This document shows positions 25,670 through 35,291 of a DNA stretch of 64,000 bases, one piece after another. The first letter of the stretch is position 1. Every line of letters begins with the position of its first letter. Origin of the DNA: Parcubacteria group bacterium Gr01-1014_31 (GTDB lineage: Bacteria > Patescibacteriota > Patescibacteriia > Buchananbacterales > GWA2-38-13); NCBI GenBank assembly GCA_007376135.1, contig VMFR01000002.1:92870-156869 (forward strand), in the 5' to 3' direction. A program made the translations under genes and the position numbers. The notes beneath the pieces were generated by a model, which did no database searches, was not told the DNA's origin, and saw only the letters and a list, made by a program, of their open reading frames with translations.

Positions 25670-26990
25670 ATAACCGCATAATCATCCACATACCATAAAA
25701 TCCGCTAATAGTGAAAAAACCCGTACCGCCCACGAGCAGCCAGCGGCCCCAATCCGCACGGCGGAAAGCAAGCTGCCAACCAGACATCAGCAGGATGAGT
25801 GCCGCGACAATGAGCGGCATCAGGTAGCGGCCGTCCGGCTGGTGCAACACCGCAAAGTTATGACGCACCACGGCGGCAAAGAGGGCAAGGCACGCCGCCA
25901 GTGCCGAACCCAGTAACCAACGCCGCGACCGTCCCTCCGGAGAATCGACGCCGGGAGTGCGACGAAAGAGAAAACGCACAAACCCAGCACACCCGCCCAC
26001 GACGAATAAAAGATACCAAGAAAGGAACGGCGAGGGAAAAACGATATCATAACTATAGGCGTTAAAGCTGCTGAAGAATATCTGCCCGAAAAAACCCATC
26101 CAGTGCAACGGCTGCCGCCAGTCCAAATGAACGATCGGGTATGTTGACCCGACGCGCAACCCCGACTGGACAGCCTCGATGAAGGAATAGTCGGGCGGCA
26201 CCCAAGCGATGCCACTGCCGACCAATATCGGAATGAATGCGCGGCCATAGGTGAGGTACTGATGCACGTAAAACGCCGTCGGCACCAGGAGCCAAACGGC
26301 AACCGCAGCGGCGATCGGCCCGGCCACGGAACGGCCGCGCGTCATCAGCAACCAGAGGCAATACCCGGCCGCCAGAATATAGCCACTATAACCGTTCTCA
26401 CGGCCGAGGAACACGAGTCCCAGCGCCGCGCCAAGCGCAACGGATGTGCCCCAATGCAATGTCCCGCGGCGATGCGCGAGACTTAGGACGTACAGTACCA
26501 CGGTCACCGCGAATATCGTGAAGGCGTCGGAGTTCAAATAAGTCCCCAGTCCAAGCACTTTGGGGTGGAGCGCCACCAGCGTCGCGAGCGTGGCGGCGTG
26601 CAGCGGTTTATCGGGCCAAAGATTACGTACTATGAAGTACGCAACCACGATGGTCATGGCACCAAGGAACGCCGATCCGAAACGGATCTTGACGAACAAC
26701 GGCAAGCCACCGGGAAAGGCATGCGCAACCCAGGCGTTCAGACGATAGCCAAAAATCGGTTTCACCACGAAATGCGGCACCCAACCCTCCTGCCCATATC
26801 GCGGAGCATGATTCTTCTGGTACAACTCGGTCATCACCTGATAACGGTACCGCTCGTCCGGACCGGCATCGAATGGTAACGCTAGGGCGAGAGAAAACCG
26901 CAATGCTAACGACGTAACCACTACAGCCGCCAGCCACCACCGCGCGAGCACCAGCGGCGGAAACGGCAGCAATTTGGAAATACTAGCCAT
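25659..26990 (-). CDS. GT-C fold glycosyltransferase, ArnT/PMT (GT39/GT83)-like polytopic membrane protein (paralog of 26983..28302)
   Basis: 443 aa with 11 or more TM helices. First periplasmic loop PFDAGPDERYRY carries the Asp-Glu motif typical of GT-C enzymes that use polyprenol-phosphate sugars. Confidence 0.5.
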   Translation of the reverse strand: MASISKLLPFPPLVLARWWLAAVVVTSLALRFSLALALPFDAGPDERYRYQVMTELYQKNHAPRYGQEGWVPHFVVKPIFGYRLNAWVAHAFPGGLPLFVKIRFGSAFLGAMTIVVAYFIVRNLWPDKPLHAATLATLVALHPKVLGLGTYLNSDAFTIFAVTVVLYVLSLAHRRGTLHWGTSVALGAALGLVFLGRENGYSGYILAAGYCLWLLMTRGRSVAGPIAAAVAVWLLVPTAFYVHQYLTYGRAFIPILVGSGIAWVPPDYSFIEAVQSGLRVGSTYPIVHLDWRQPLHWMGFFGQIFFSSFNAYSYDIVFPSPFLSWYLLFVVGGCAGFVRFLFRRTPGVDSPEGRSRRWLLGSALAACLALFAAVVRHNFAVLHQPDGRYLMPLIVAALILLMSGWQLAFRRADWGRWLLVGGTGFFTISGFYGMWMIMRLYAY

Positions 26991-28302
26991 AGAACGTCAA
27001 TAATTTCCAAAAGCTATACCCACCACTCATAATAACAAAGCTCACACCGAACGCCACCCAAAATCCTCGCGACTTTCCCAATATCGCCGAATACCAACCC
27101 ATGACTCCCCACACGGCACCCGGGACCGCCAACGGCAGAAGGTATCGGCCCTGAGGTTGAAAGATGACAGAAAAATTATGCCGCAGGACCGCGGCCGCGA
27201 GCGTAAGGATGGCGACAATGGAACCAGCGAGCAACCAACGTCGATGGTCAACGCCGCCGACGGATAGAGACGCGGGTAGCGAAGACAGCCGGCGCCAGCC
27301 GGCAACACTCGCACCCACCATCAGTACGAAAAGTGCATACCAATGGAACGGCAGCCAGATATCCATATAGCCGAAGAGCCCGAAGGCGCTGGGCACCAGC
27401 CATGCTCCAAAGATGGCCCAATGCTTTGGGTTGGACCAGATCAAGTGGAACACCGGGTAATCGAACCCTCCTACTGGCAGGCGGGCAAAGGCATCGGCCA
27501 CCGACCAGCCCGGCGGCACCCAGGCAACGCCACTCCCCCCCAACAACGGCAAGAAGGCATGGCCGTAGACCGACTGCTGCTGCGCGTAGAACAGCACGGG
27601 GAACGCCAGCGCCACCACGGCGGCCGCGAGCAGTTCGCAGCGGTAACGACGCCTCTGCGCAATGAACGGCAGGAGTGCAGCGGCGGCCAGCAGGAATCCA
27701 GCGTACCCGTTCTCACGCCCGAGGAACACCAGCCCCAGCGCCCCGCCGATGCCCACGGCCAGCGGCAGCCTTAGGCGACCGTCGCGGATCGCCAGCGCCA
27801 GCAGCCAGAATAACAGCGCATTCGCGGCGATAGTATACGCGTCGGCGTTCAAATACGAAGAAAGGAAAACCAGCTGCGGGTAGAACGCCAGCACCGCAGC
27901 GATCGCCAGGGCGCGCCCCGCGGAGGCAGGCCACAGCGCCCGCGCTGCAGCATACCCGGCCACGACGGCGGCAACGCCTGCCAGCACCGACCCGAGGCGC
28001 AATTTGATATAGAGCGGCAGCGCCAGAGGGACGAAGTGTGCGGCCAGCGCATTCAGCCGGTAGGCCAGCATCGGTTTCACGACGTAGTGGTGCCAGGTCT
28101 CCGTGCCGTACCTGGGCGTACGGCCCGTCGCATAGATCTGCGCGGTGACCGGATACCGACGCCGTTCGTCGGGACCGCCATCATAGGGCAAGACCAGCGC
28201 CAGCGCCAACCGCAGCAGCAGCGCGGCGGCCACCAGTGTCGCCACCAGCCAACGCGCCGTCGTTGCCGTCGGCGCAGGCGCGAAATAAGACGCGGCGACC
28301 AT
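26983..28302 (-). CDS. GT-C fold glycosyltransferase, ArnT/PMT-like polytopic membrane protein (paralog of 25659..26990)
   Basis: 439 aa from MVAASYFAPAP (ATG complement 28300-28302). Loop motif PYDGGPDERRRYP. TM architecture parallels the adjacent paralog. Confidence 0.5.
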   Translation of the reverse strand: MVAASYFAPAPTATTARWLVATLVAAALLLRLALALVLPYDGGPDERRRYPVTAQIYATGRTPRYGTETWHHYVVKPMLAYRLNALAAHFVPLALPLYIKLRLGSVLAGVAAVVAGYAAARALWPASAGRALAIAAVLAFYPQLVFLSSYLNADAYTIAANALLFWLLALAIRDGRLRLPLAVGIGGALGLVFLGRENGYAGFLLAAAALLPFIAQRRRYRCELLAAAVVALAFPVLFYAQQQSVYGHAFLPLLGGSGVAWVPPGWSVADAFARLPVGGFDYPVFHLIWSNPKHWAIFGAWLVPSAFGLFGYMDIWLPFHWYALFVLMVGASVAGWRRLSSLPASLSVGGVDHRRWLLAGSIVAILTLAAAVLRHNFSVIFQPQGRYLLPLAVPGAVWGVMGWYSAILGKSRGFWVAFGVSFVIMSGGYSFWKLLTFYG

Positions 28303-28307
28303 ACGAT

Positions 28308-29069
28308 TCACGCCGGTCGGACGCTCGCGCGTCGGAATTGCGGCGAACGGGAAATACCCAGGCACGTCAACCCGTACCGCCCCATCGTGCGGATGATGTC
28401 CAGCCCATAGCGGACGCTACCGGAAAATCCGACCGAGGACGCATCCTTGAAATACCGCGTCGGAATGGGGATCTCCTGGATGTGGAACCCGTGCACCACG
28501 AGTTGCACAATAATCTCCGTGTCAAAAACGAAACCGTCCGAGTTCAGGTGCAGAGGCACGGTGTTCAGCACGCGCGCGCTATAGGCGCGGAATCCCGAGT
28601 GGTACTCGGTCAGCCGCAGCCCCAGACACCAATTCTCAAATACCGTCAACGCAATGTTGGGATAGTACTTCCAGCGCGGCATGCCGCCACTGAGGGCCGC
28701 GCCGCGGTAAATCATCCGCGAGCCGAACACCGCGTCGCACTGGCCGTTGATGATGGGAGCGACCAACTGCGGAATGGCGTGCGGGTCGTACTGGTGGTCG
28801 GGATGCACCATCACCACCACGTCGGCGCCGAGTTTGAGCGCTTCCGCGTAGCAGGTCTTTTGGTTGCCGCCGTAGCCGCGGTTGTTCGGATGCACCACGG
28901 TGCGTAGTCCCGAGGAACGGGCCAGCGCCGCGGTCCCGTCGGTGGACGCGTCATCCACCAGCACGATGTCATCCACCGTGTCGCGCGGGATGTCATGGAG
29001 CGTCTGCCGCAGCGTCTTTTCCGCGTTGTAGGCCGGCAGTACGGCAATGACCTTTGGGTGCGCGGGCAT
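28308..29069 (-). CDS. GT2-family glycosyltransferase (polyprenol-phosphate sugar synthase-like)
   Basis: 253 aa. VIAVLPAYNAEKTL...VLVDDASTDGT...HPDHQYDP. Confidence 0.75.
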   Translation of the reverse strand: MPAHPKVIAVLPAYNAEKTLRQTLHDIPRDTVDDIVLVDDASTDGTAALARSSGLRTVVHPNNRGYGGNQKTCYAEALKLGADVVVMVHPDHQYDPHAIPQLVAPIINGQCDAVFGSRMIYRGAALSGGMPRWKYYPNIALTVFENWCLGLRLTEYHSGFRAYSARVLNTVPLHLNSDGFVFDTEIIVQLVVHGFHIQEIPIPTRYFKDASSVGFSGSVRYGLDIIRTMGRYGLTCLGISRSPQFRRASVRPA

Positions 29070-29072
29070 AGC

Positions 29073-30338
29073 TCAGGAAGTTTGCGCCGGAGCCGGCCGC
29101 CGCACCCAGGCGGTAGCGAGCAGCGCAATAATCACCCAGACGTAATTCTCGTTGAAGAACCGCGACAGCCACCAGAACGCCAGCAGCAGCGCAGCGCTAC
29201 CGGCCAACGCGCGGGAAAGGTCGTTGTCGCGCCGCTGCCACCACAACAACAAGGAAAGCAAGGGAATGACGACCATCAATTGAAGCATCCCGTAAGGGAA
29301 ATATGCCCGCGGCGACGATGGCCAGCCCAGCAGCTGCAGCAGCACCGACAGCCCAAGCCCGTAGATCGGATAGCTGGTCGGCAGCAAGCCGGCCGGGTAG
29401 CGATAGACGTCATCCCAGAACGCGGACCAGTTCCAGAGCGCAAAGGGGGCCGTAATGATGGCGGCGACCGCGGGCAGCAGCCACAATTGCCGCCGCTGTC
29501 GCGGATGTTCCCACCACCAATATGCCGCCAGGAACGGAATGACGAGCCACGCCGTCTGCTTGGAGGTGGCCGCCAGCGCCAGCGCAACGGCGCCGGCACT
29601 GCCGCGCCCGGCGGCGAACGCCGCGGCCGCGGCCACCAAGAATGCCAGCACGAACGTATCGCTGGTTCCCATGGTCACGGCGGCAACCGCGAAAGGATTG
29701 GCCAACAGCACGACGAGGTACGCCAGACGGTCCTGCTTGCGGCGCGGCAGCGTCCAGGCAGCGGCGGCAAGCAACGCCAGCGCCGCCAAGTGGGTGATGC
29801 GCTGGTCGTAGAACCCCAGGATCGGCTCGCTTACCATCGCCACGCCCGCGGATGCGACCGTATAGAACGGCAGCGTGATGTAGTGGAAGAGCGCGGGGTT
29901 GGCAAACCAAGTATTGCTGGATGCATCGTAGAATTGCCCGCCCTGCCACTGCTGGAGCGGCGTGCCGAGGTAGTCCACCGCGTAGAAATTACTACCGGCG
30001 CGCAGTTCCCGCACGCCCTCCTCGATCAATATGGCGTTGTCGTGCACGAACGCGACCGGGCCGGAGGCGCGGCGCAGCGCGACGAATGCGACCGTCGTCA
30101 CCCCCAGCAGCAGCACGAGCGCCGCACCGACGGCGATACCGCGCACCCGCGAAGACCATGACCGCGCCGCCAGATCGGCAACCAACGCGACGAGCGCGCA
30201 CAGCCAAAAGAGGTTGGCGATCGCGGTCCACACCGGCAACGGCAATTCTGCGCGCAGGCCAACGATGTCCAGCGCGCCCAGCAACAGCAAAGCCGCGGTT
30301 TCCGGCGCGATGATGCGGGTGCTGGTAATGGCGGGCAT
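29073..30338 (-). CDS. polytopic membrane protein, putative GT87/DUF2029-like mannosyltransferase
   Basis: 421 aa, about 12 TM helices, no large soluble domain. Size and topology resemble PimE/DUF2029-type polyprenol-phosphate-mannose-dependent transferases. Family assignment is tentative. Confidence 0.35.
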   Translation of the reverse strand: MPAITSTRIIAPETAALLLLGALDIVGLRAELPLPVWTAIANLFWLCALVALVADLAARSWSSRVRGIAVGAALVLLLGVTTVAFVALRRASGPVAFVHDNAILIEEGVRELRAGSNFYAVDYLGTPLQQWQGGQFYDASSNTWFANPALFHYITLPFYTVASAGVAMVSEPILGFYDQRITHLAALALLAAAAWTLPRRKQDRLAYLVVLLANPFAVAAVTMGTSDTFVLAFLVAAAAAFAAGRGSAGAVALALAATSKQTAWLVIPFLAAYWWWEHPRQRRQLWLLPAVAAIITAPFALWNWSAFWDDVYRYPAGLLPTSYPIYGLGLSVLLQLLGWPSSPRAYFPYGMLQLMVVIPLLSLLLWWQRRDNDLSRALAGSAALLLAFWWLSRFFNENYVWVIIALLATAWVRRPAPAQTS

Positions 30339-30340
30339 AC

Positions 30341-31081
30341 TTATCCTTTGGCGGCGGGCGGATCTTGCCGCAGCTGGCGGCGCAAGCGCAGCACGTCCTT
30401 CAAGTAGGTGATGCTGAGAGAAAAAATATTGACCTTGCTCACGCGGCCAGGCGGCTCGTGCCAGCGCACCGGGATCTCTTTGATGCGGTACCCCGCCACC
30501 CCTGCCCGAACGACCAGCTCGGTATCAAAGAACCAGCCGCCGTGCCGTATCTGGGGCAGCAAGGTGTCGCGCACGCGGCGGCTGATGGCCTTGAAGCCGC
30601 ACGGAGCATCCTGCACGGTGATGGGTACCAGGCTCGCCAGCACCCAACGGTAGCCGCGCGACGCCGTCCGGCGCAACCAATCGCGCGCGACCACGGCGCC
30701 CGGCGCGTAGCGCGACCCGACCGCCACGTCGTACCCCTCATGGGCAACCGCCCCGACCACCGCCGGGAGCGCCGAGAGGTCCGTCGCCAGGTCGGAATCC
30801 ATGAACAGATACACATCCGCATCCACTGCGCGCCACCCCGCCGCGATGGCATTACCCTTCCCTCGTTGGGGCACGGCCTCATACCGCACCCGCGCGTCGG
30901 TCGCCGCCAGGCCTTTCACCTGCGCTGCCGTATCGTCGGCGGACCCGTTGTCGGCCACCACCAGCACCGTGTCCCAATCGGGCAGCGATGCGGCGGCTGC
31001 CGTCAACACGGCGCGGCTGTTGGCGATGATGATTGTCCCCTCATCCAGGGCCGGGATGACGATGGCCAATTTTTGCTTCAT
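30341..31081 (-). CDS. GT2-family glycosyltransferase (Dpm1-like)
   Basis: 246 aa. LAIVIPALDEG...VVADNGSADDT...DSDLATD. Confidence 0.75.
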   Translation of the reverse strand: MKQKLAIVIPALDEGTIIIANSRAVLTAAAASLPDWDTVLVVADNGSADDTAAQVKGLAATDARVRYEAVPQRGKGNAIAAGWRAVDADVYLFMDSDLATDLSALPAVVGAVAHEGYDVAVGSRYAPGAVVARDWLRRTASRGYRWVLASLVPITVQDAPCGFKAISRRVRDTLLPQIRHGGWFFDTELVVRAGVAGYRIKEIPVRWHEPPGRVSKVNIFSLSITYLKDVLRLRRQLRQDPPAAKG

Positions 31082-32685
31082 AGGGCGGGTACGGGCGACA
31101 CTTCAAAAATAGTAGCCTCGGGGTCGCGGTAGACTTCGCGGAAGCCCGGATTGCCGGCGACCAGCTTGCGCATGGACTCCTGCTCTTTGCCGACGAACAC
31201 GAACTGAGCGCCGAAGCGTTGAGCCACGATCTCGTACAGCCGAACGCGCTCACGGGCGGTGGTCACTCGTTCCCATTCACCATAGCGGACACGGTCGAAC
31301 CGGTACATGAATGTCGGGTCCAGGCCGACCAGGTAGCGGCTCTGGCTATTGTAGTACCACAACATCGGGAAATCGTCCCAGTCGCTGTGGAAGACCAGCG
31401 CATCGGGCGGCGTGTTGGCCCGCAGCCACGCCGAGGCCGCGGCAAACCGGGTCAGCGGGATGCCGTCGCGAAATGCGCCGCGCACGCTGGAAACGTCGCG
31501 CACCACCAGGTAGGGCACCATCAGCAGCGGCAGCACCACGGCCGCCAGGAACAATTTTTGCTCACGCAGGAACGCTTTCAATTCGTTCCAAAACGGCTGC
31601 AGCGGCTGGCCTGCGACGCAGCCACGCAGCGCATCGGCGGAAAAGAGGATGGAGATCGGCACGAGGTACTCCACATTGCGGCGCGACCGCAACGTCAAGG
31701 CGTAGAGCAGCGCCGTCGCCAGCAGCAGGAATCCCGTTCGCGGGGCTTGCCGCCGCCACGTCAGGACATAGAGCGTCAACCCCACGATCGCAACGAACGA
31801 GGCTAAGCTGGTGGCCGCCAGCAACTCCAGCGCGGGGTAGGGATACCACTCCCCGCCTACGCCGATGGTTTCCTGATAGTTGATGACGGCGATCTGCACG
31901 ATCTGATTCCAATAGAACTGGAGGTGGTAGGGAAAATACGGGTGCAGCAGCAGCGCCAGCAAGATGCCGCCCATGACCGCGCCCAAGCTCCTGATCTGCC
32001 GCCGGAGCGCAGCCCGCCGCTCCCCCGCGGGCGCGAGCCCAACCAGCGCGAAGGCGTACAACCCGGCCAGCACCACCATGAGCGGCCAGCCACCGTAGAG
32101 CCAGACGTAGAAAAAACTGGTTGCGGCCAGCCACCGCAGGCGCGCGCGCGTCAGCAGTATGAGCCAGACAAACAGCACCGCGAACGCGAGCGGCTGCGCT
32201 TTCGCGAGGTTGGCGCGGAACACGAACGGACTGGTGGCCAGTAGTAGCGCCGTTGCATAGCCGGCCCGGGGCACGCCCCAGGTCCGCAGCAGCGCGTAGA
32301 ACGCGGTCACCGCCGTGGCGAAGAACGTGACGGTCGCCAATTTCAGACCCAGCAGCGGCGGCAAGAGCCGCACCCACGGAATGAGCAGCACGTGGTAGAG
32401 GAATTGATGATCCGCAAAGCTGTCACGTAGTACCGTGAACTGCAGCCACGGGAACTGGGTGAAGATGCCGCGCTCCGAGATGAGGAGCGCCATCTTGGCG
32501 TGGTAGAAAGAATCCGGGTCGGCGAAGGTCGGCGTGGCCTGCACCCAGACGGACAAGAGTCCGGCAACGGTAAAAACCGTCAGGTACGCCAACATCGGCC
32601 GTCGCGCCAAGTGACGGGCGAATGCGTGCCGCAGCGCGGCGATGGCGGCAACCAACGGATGGCGGGCAACCCAGGCAAATGGCAT
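31078..32685 (-). CDS. polytopic membrane protein with C-terminal soluble domain, putative GT-C-type glycosyltransferase; first gene of the operon
   Basis: 535 aa. N-terminal multi-TM region with DPDSFYH in the first loop and a roughly 150-aa C-terminal extracytoplasmic domain. Overlaps the next gene by 4 nt. Confidence 0.4.
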   Translation of the reverse strand: MPFAWVARHPLVAAIAALRHAFARHLARRPMLAYLTVFTVAGLLSVWVQATPTFADPDSFYHAKMALLISERGIFTQFPWLQFTVLRDSFADHQFLYHVLLIPWVRLLPPLLGLKLATVTFFATAVTAFYALLRTWGVPRAGYATALLLATSPFVFRANLAKAQPLAFAVLFVWLILLTRARLRWLAATSFFYVWLYGGWPLMVVLAGLYAFALVGLAPAGERRAALRRQIRSLGAVMGGILLALLLHPYFPYHLQFYWNQIVQIAVINYQETIGVGGEWYPYPALELLAATSLASFVAIVGLTLYVLTWRRQAPRTGFLLLATALLYALTLRSRRNVEYLVPISILFSADALRGCVAGQPLQPFWNELKAFLREQKLFLAAVVLPLLMVPYLVVRDVSSVRGAFRDGIPLTRFAAASAWLRANTPPDALVFHSDWDDFPMLWYYNSQSRYLVGLDPTFMYRFDRVRYGEWERVTTARERVRLYEIVAQRFGAQFVFVGKEQESMRKLVAGNPGFREVYRDPEATIFEVSPVPAL

Positions 32686-32872
32686 AACCGAGACGCGCGG
32701 AGCAACATCAGCACCGCCAGTGCGCCACTATGAAAAGGGGAAGCGCTGCCTTTATCCTAGCGGTCGGTTGCTGTCAACGCAACAGCGTTTTTACCGCCGA
32801 ATGGATTGCGCGGAATGGAAAAATATGGCATACTGACCGCTGCACATCACCGTTCATTCAGGTTGATTTTTT

Positions 32873-33586
32873 ATGTCAGGACACAGCAAATGGGCGACCA
32901 CCCACCGCGCCAAGAGCGCCGTGGATTCCAAGCGAGGAGCCGTCTTCACCAAACTGACGCGGGCGATCTCTTCGGCGGCGCGGAGCGGCGGCGGCAATCC
33001 GGAATCCAATTTCAAACTGCGGTTGGCCATGGACCAGGCGCGGGCGGCCAACATGCCCAAGGATAATATAGAACGCGCCATCGCCAAGGCGACCGGCCAG
33101 GGCGGCGACGTGCAGCTGGAGGCGGTCACCTACGAGGGCTTCGGCCCGCACGGCGTGGCTGTCATCGTCGAGTGCTTGACGGACAACCGGAACCGCACCA
33201 GCCACGAGATCCGCCACCTGTTCGAAGGACGGGGCGGCCACATCGGCACGCCCGGCAGCGTGGGCTGGCAATTCGAACGGACGGGCATCGTCACGACGGC
33301 AACCGTTTCCCCCGATGACGAGCTTGCCCTCATTGACTTGGGCGCATCGGACATCCGGCGCGACGACCGCGAGGTAACGGTCCTCTGCCCGCCCGCCCAA
33401 CTGGAGGCCGTACGGAAATTCTTCAACTCCCGGGGCGTGGCCGCGGAAGCCAAGCTGGGCCTACTACCGAAGGAGACCAAGCCGCTCGCCAGCGAAAAAG
33501 AAGTCGCCGACCTGCAGACGCTGCTCGACCAGCTCGACGACCACCCCGACGTCCAAGAATGCCATCATAATGCCGAAAGCCCGTGA
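32873..33586 (+). CDS. yebC: YebC/PmpR-family DNA-binding regulatory protein
   Basis: 237 aa starting MSGHSKWATTHRAKSAVDSKRG, a highly conserved YebC N-terminus. Confidence 0.85.
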   Translation: MSGHSKWATTHRAKSAVDSKRGAVFTKLTRAISSAARSGGGNPESNFKLRLAMDQARAANMPKDNIERAIAKATGQGGDVQLEAVTYEGFGPHGVAVIVECLTDNRNRTSHEIRHLFEGRGGHIGTPGSVGWQFERTGIVTTATVSPDDELALIDLGASDIRRDDREVTVLCPPAQLEAVRKFFNSRGVAAEAKLGLLPKETKPLASEKEVADLQTLLDQLDDHPDVQECHHNAESP

Positions 33587-33680
33587 ACCCCGTACCACAG
33601 GCTTATCCTCGGAGATTTACCTCATCGTCCCTCAGTTATGCTCATGGTATTTTGCGCGAGACATACGCGCGTAGTTTCCT

Positions 33681-34181
33681 GTGGTACGGGGTGAACGCAC
33701 CGTGCTGGGGATCGACCCGGGGCTGGCAACGACCGGCTTCGGCGTGCTGACGGTTGCCCCCGGCACCATCTCAGCCCAAGCCTTCGGCGTCATCCGAACC
33801 CCGGCGCACCGCCCGGATACCGAGCGCCTCGTTTCTATCCAGCGCGAACTCGAAGCGCTGATTTCTCGCTACCGACCCGACCTCGTGGCCGTCGAAAAAC
33901 TTTTCTTCAACACCAACACCACCACCGCGATGGCCGTCTCGCAGGCGCGCGGGGCGGTACTGGCGGTCTGCGGTGCGGCGCACCTGCCCCTCCGGGAGTG
34001 CACGCCGCTCGAGGTCAAGCAGGCGGTGACCGGCTACGGCCGCGCCGACAAAGGCCAGATGCAGCGGATGGTCGCGCTGCTGCTGAAACTCAAGGAAATC
34101 CCGCGCCCGGATGATGCGGCCGACGCGCTGGCCGTGGCCATCTGCGGCGCGCAGACCAAAGTTTGGGGAGAGAACCGCTGA
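33681..34181 (+). CDS. ruvC: crossover junction endodeoxyribonuclease RuvC
   Basis: 166 aa. VLGIDPGLATTGFGVL catalytic Asp region and overall RuvC length. Confidence 0.85.
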   Translation: MVRGERTVLGIDPGLATTGFGVLTVAPGTISAQAFGVIRTPAHRPDTERLVSIQRELEALISRYRPDLVAVEKLFFNTNTTTAMAVSQARGAVLAVCGAAHLPLRECTPLEVKQAVTGYGRADKGQMQRMVALLLKLKEIPRPDDAADALAVAICGAQTKVWGENR

Positions 34182-34185
34182 ATCT

Positions 34186-35244
34186 ATGTCGTACCGCATC
34201 GCCTTGCTCGCCACGCCTTGGGAAGCGGTACCGCCCCCGAAGTACGGCGGCACGGAACTGATCGTCGCCAACCTCGCGGATGAACTCACCCGCCGCGGCC
34301 ATACCGTCACGGTGTTTGCCACCGGCGACTCGCGTCCCGCTGGCCGCCTGGCGGCGGTGTTCCCCCGCGCGCTCTACCGCGACGGCGTCCCCTGGAACGA
34401 CACGCTGCGCCCGCTGCAACACGTCGCTGCCTGTTTCACCCGCGCCCGCGAGTTCGACCTCATCCACAACCATGCCAACTACTTCGGCCTGCTGTTCGCG
34501 AACCTGGTGCCAACCCCGGTGGTCACCACCTACCATGGCGACTTTGTGACCGCGGAAAAGATCCCGGAAAAACGGCACCTGCTGGAGGCGTTCCGTCGCG
34601 CTCCGTTCGTTGCCATCAGCTGGCGCCAACGCGCCCTGGCAAAAACCCGCCTCAATTTCGTCGGTACCGTTCACAACGGCATCGCCATTGAACAGTTCCC
34701 TTTTTCGCCGCGGCCCGGCAACTACCTGTGCTGGCTAGGACGCATCACCGAAAAAAAAGGGATCCTTGAAGCCATCACGGTCGCCCGTCGGCTGCGCCTG
34801 CCGCTGAAGATCGGCGCCAAGATCGACCCGGTCGACCGCGCGTTCTTCAAACACCGCGTGGAGCGCCGCATCGACGGCAAACATATCCAATACCTGGGAG
34901 AGCTGGACCACCGCGGAAAAACCCGGCTGCTGAAAAGGGCGCTCGCGCTCTTGAACCCCATCACCTGGGAGGAACCATTCGGCCTGGTCATGGCGGAGGC
35001 GATGGCCTGCGGCACGCCGGTTATCGCCTTCCCCCGCGGCGCGGCTCCCGAGATCGTTGCCGATGGAGTGACGGGCTACCTGCCCACCACGGTGGACCGC
35101 ATGGTGGCCGCGGTCAAACGCATCCACCATATCCGGCGTAGCGCCTGCCGTGCCCGCGCAGCGCGATACTTCAGCCGGGAAGCGATGACTGACGGCTACG
35201 AGAAGATCTACGCGCGAGTACTGCGACGGGAAAAAGGCCGATAA
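34186..35244 (+). CDS. GT4-family glycosyltransferase (retaining, GT-B fold)
   Basis: 352 aa from MSYRIALLATPWEAVPPPKYGGTELIV. C-terminal EX7E-type region EEPFGLVMAEAMACGTPVIAF. Start placed at ATG 34186, just after the ruvC stop. Confidence 0.8.
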   Translation: MSYRIALLATPWEAVPPPKYGGTELIVANLADELTRRGHTVTVFATGDSRPAGRLAAVFPRALYRDGVPWNDTLRPLQHVAACFTRAREFDLIHNHANYFGLLFANLVPTPVVTTYHGDFVTAEKIPEKRHLLEAFRRAPFVAISWRQRALAKTRLNFVGTVHNGIAIEQFPFSPRPGNYLCWLGRITEKKGILEAITVARRLRLPLKIGAKIDPVDRAFFKHRVERRIDGKHIQYLGELDHRGKTRLLKRALALLNPITWEEPFGLVMAEAMACGTPVIAFPRGAAPEIVADGVTGYLPTTVDRMVAAVKRIHHIRRSACRARAARYFSREAMTDGYEKIYARVLRREKGR

Positions 35245-35291
35245 CTCAACACCCTGTTCCCCTCCGCCTAATTCCTATCTTTCACCGCGAT

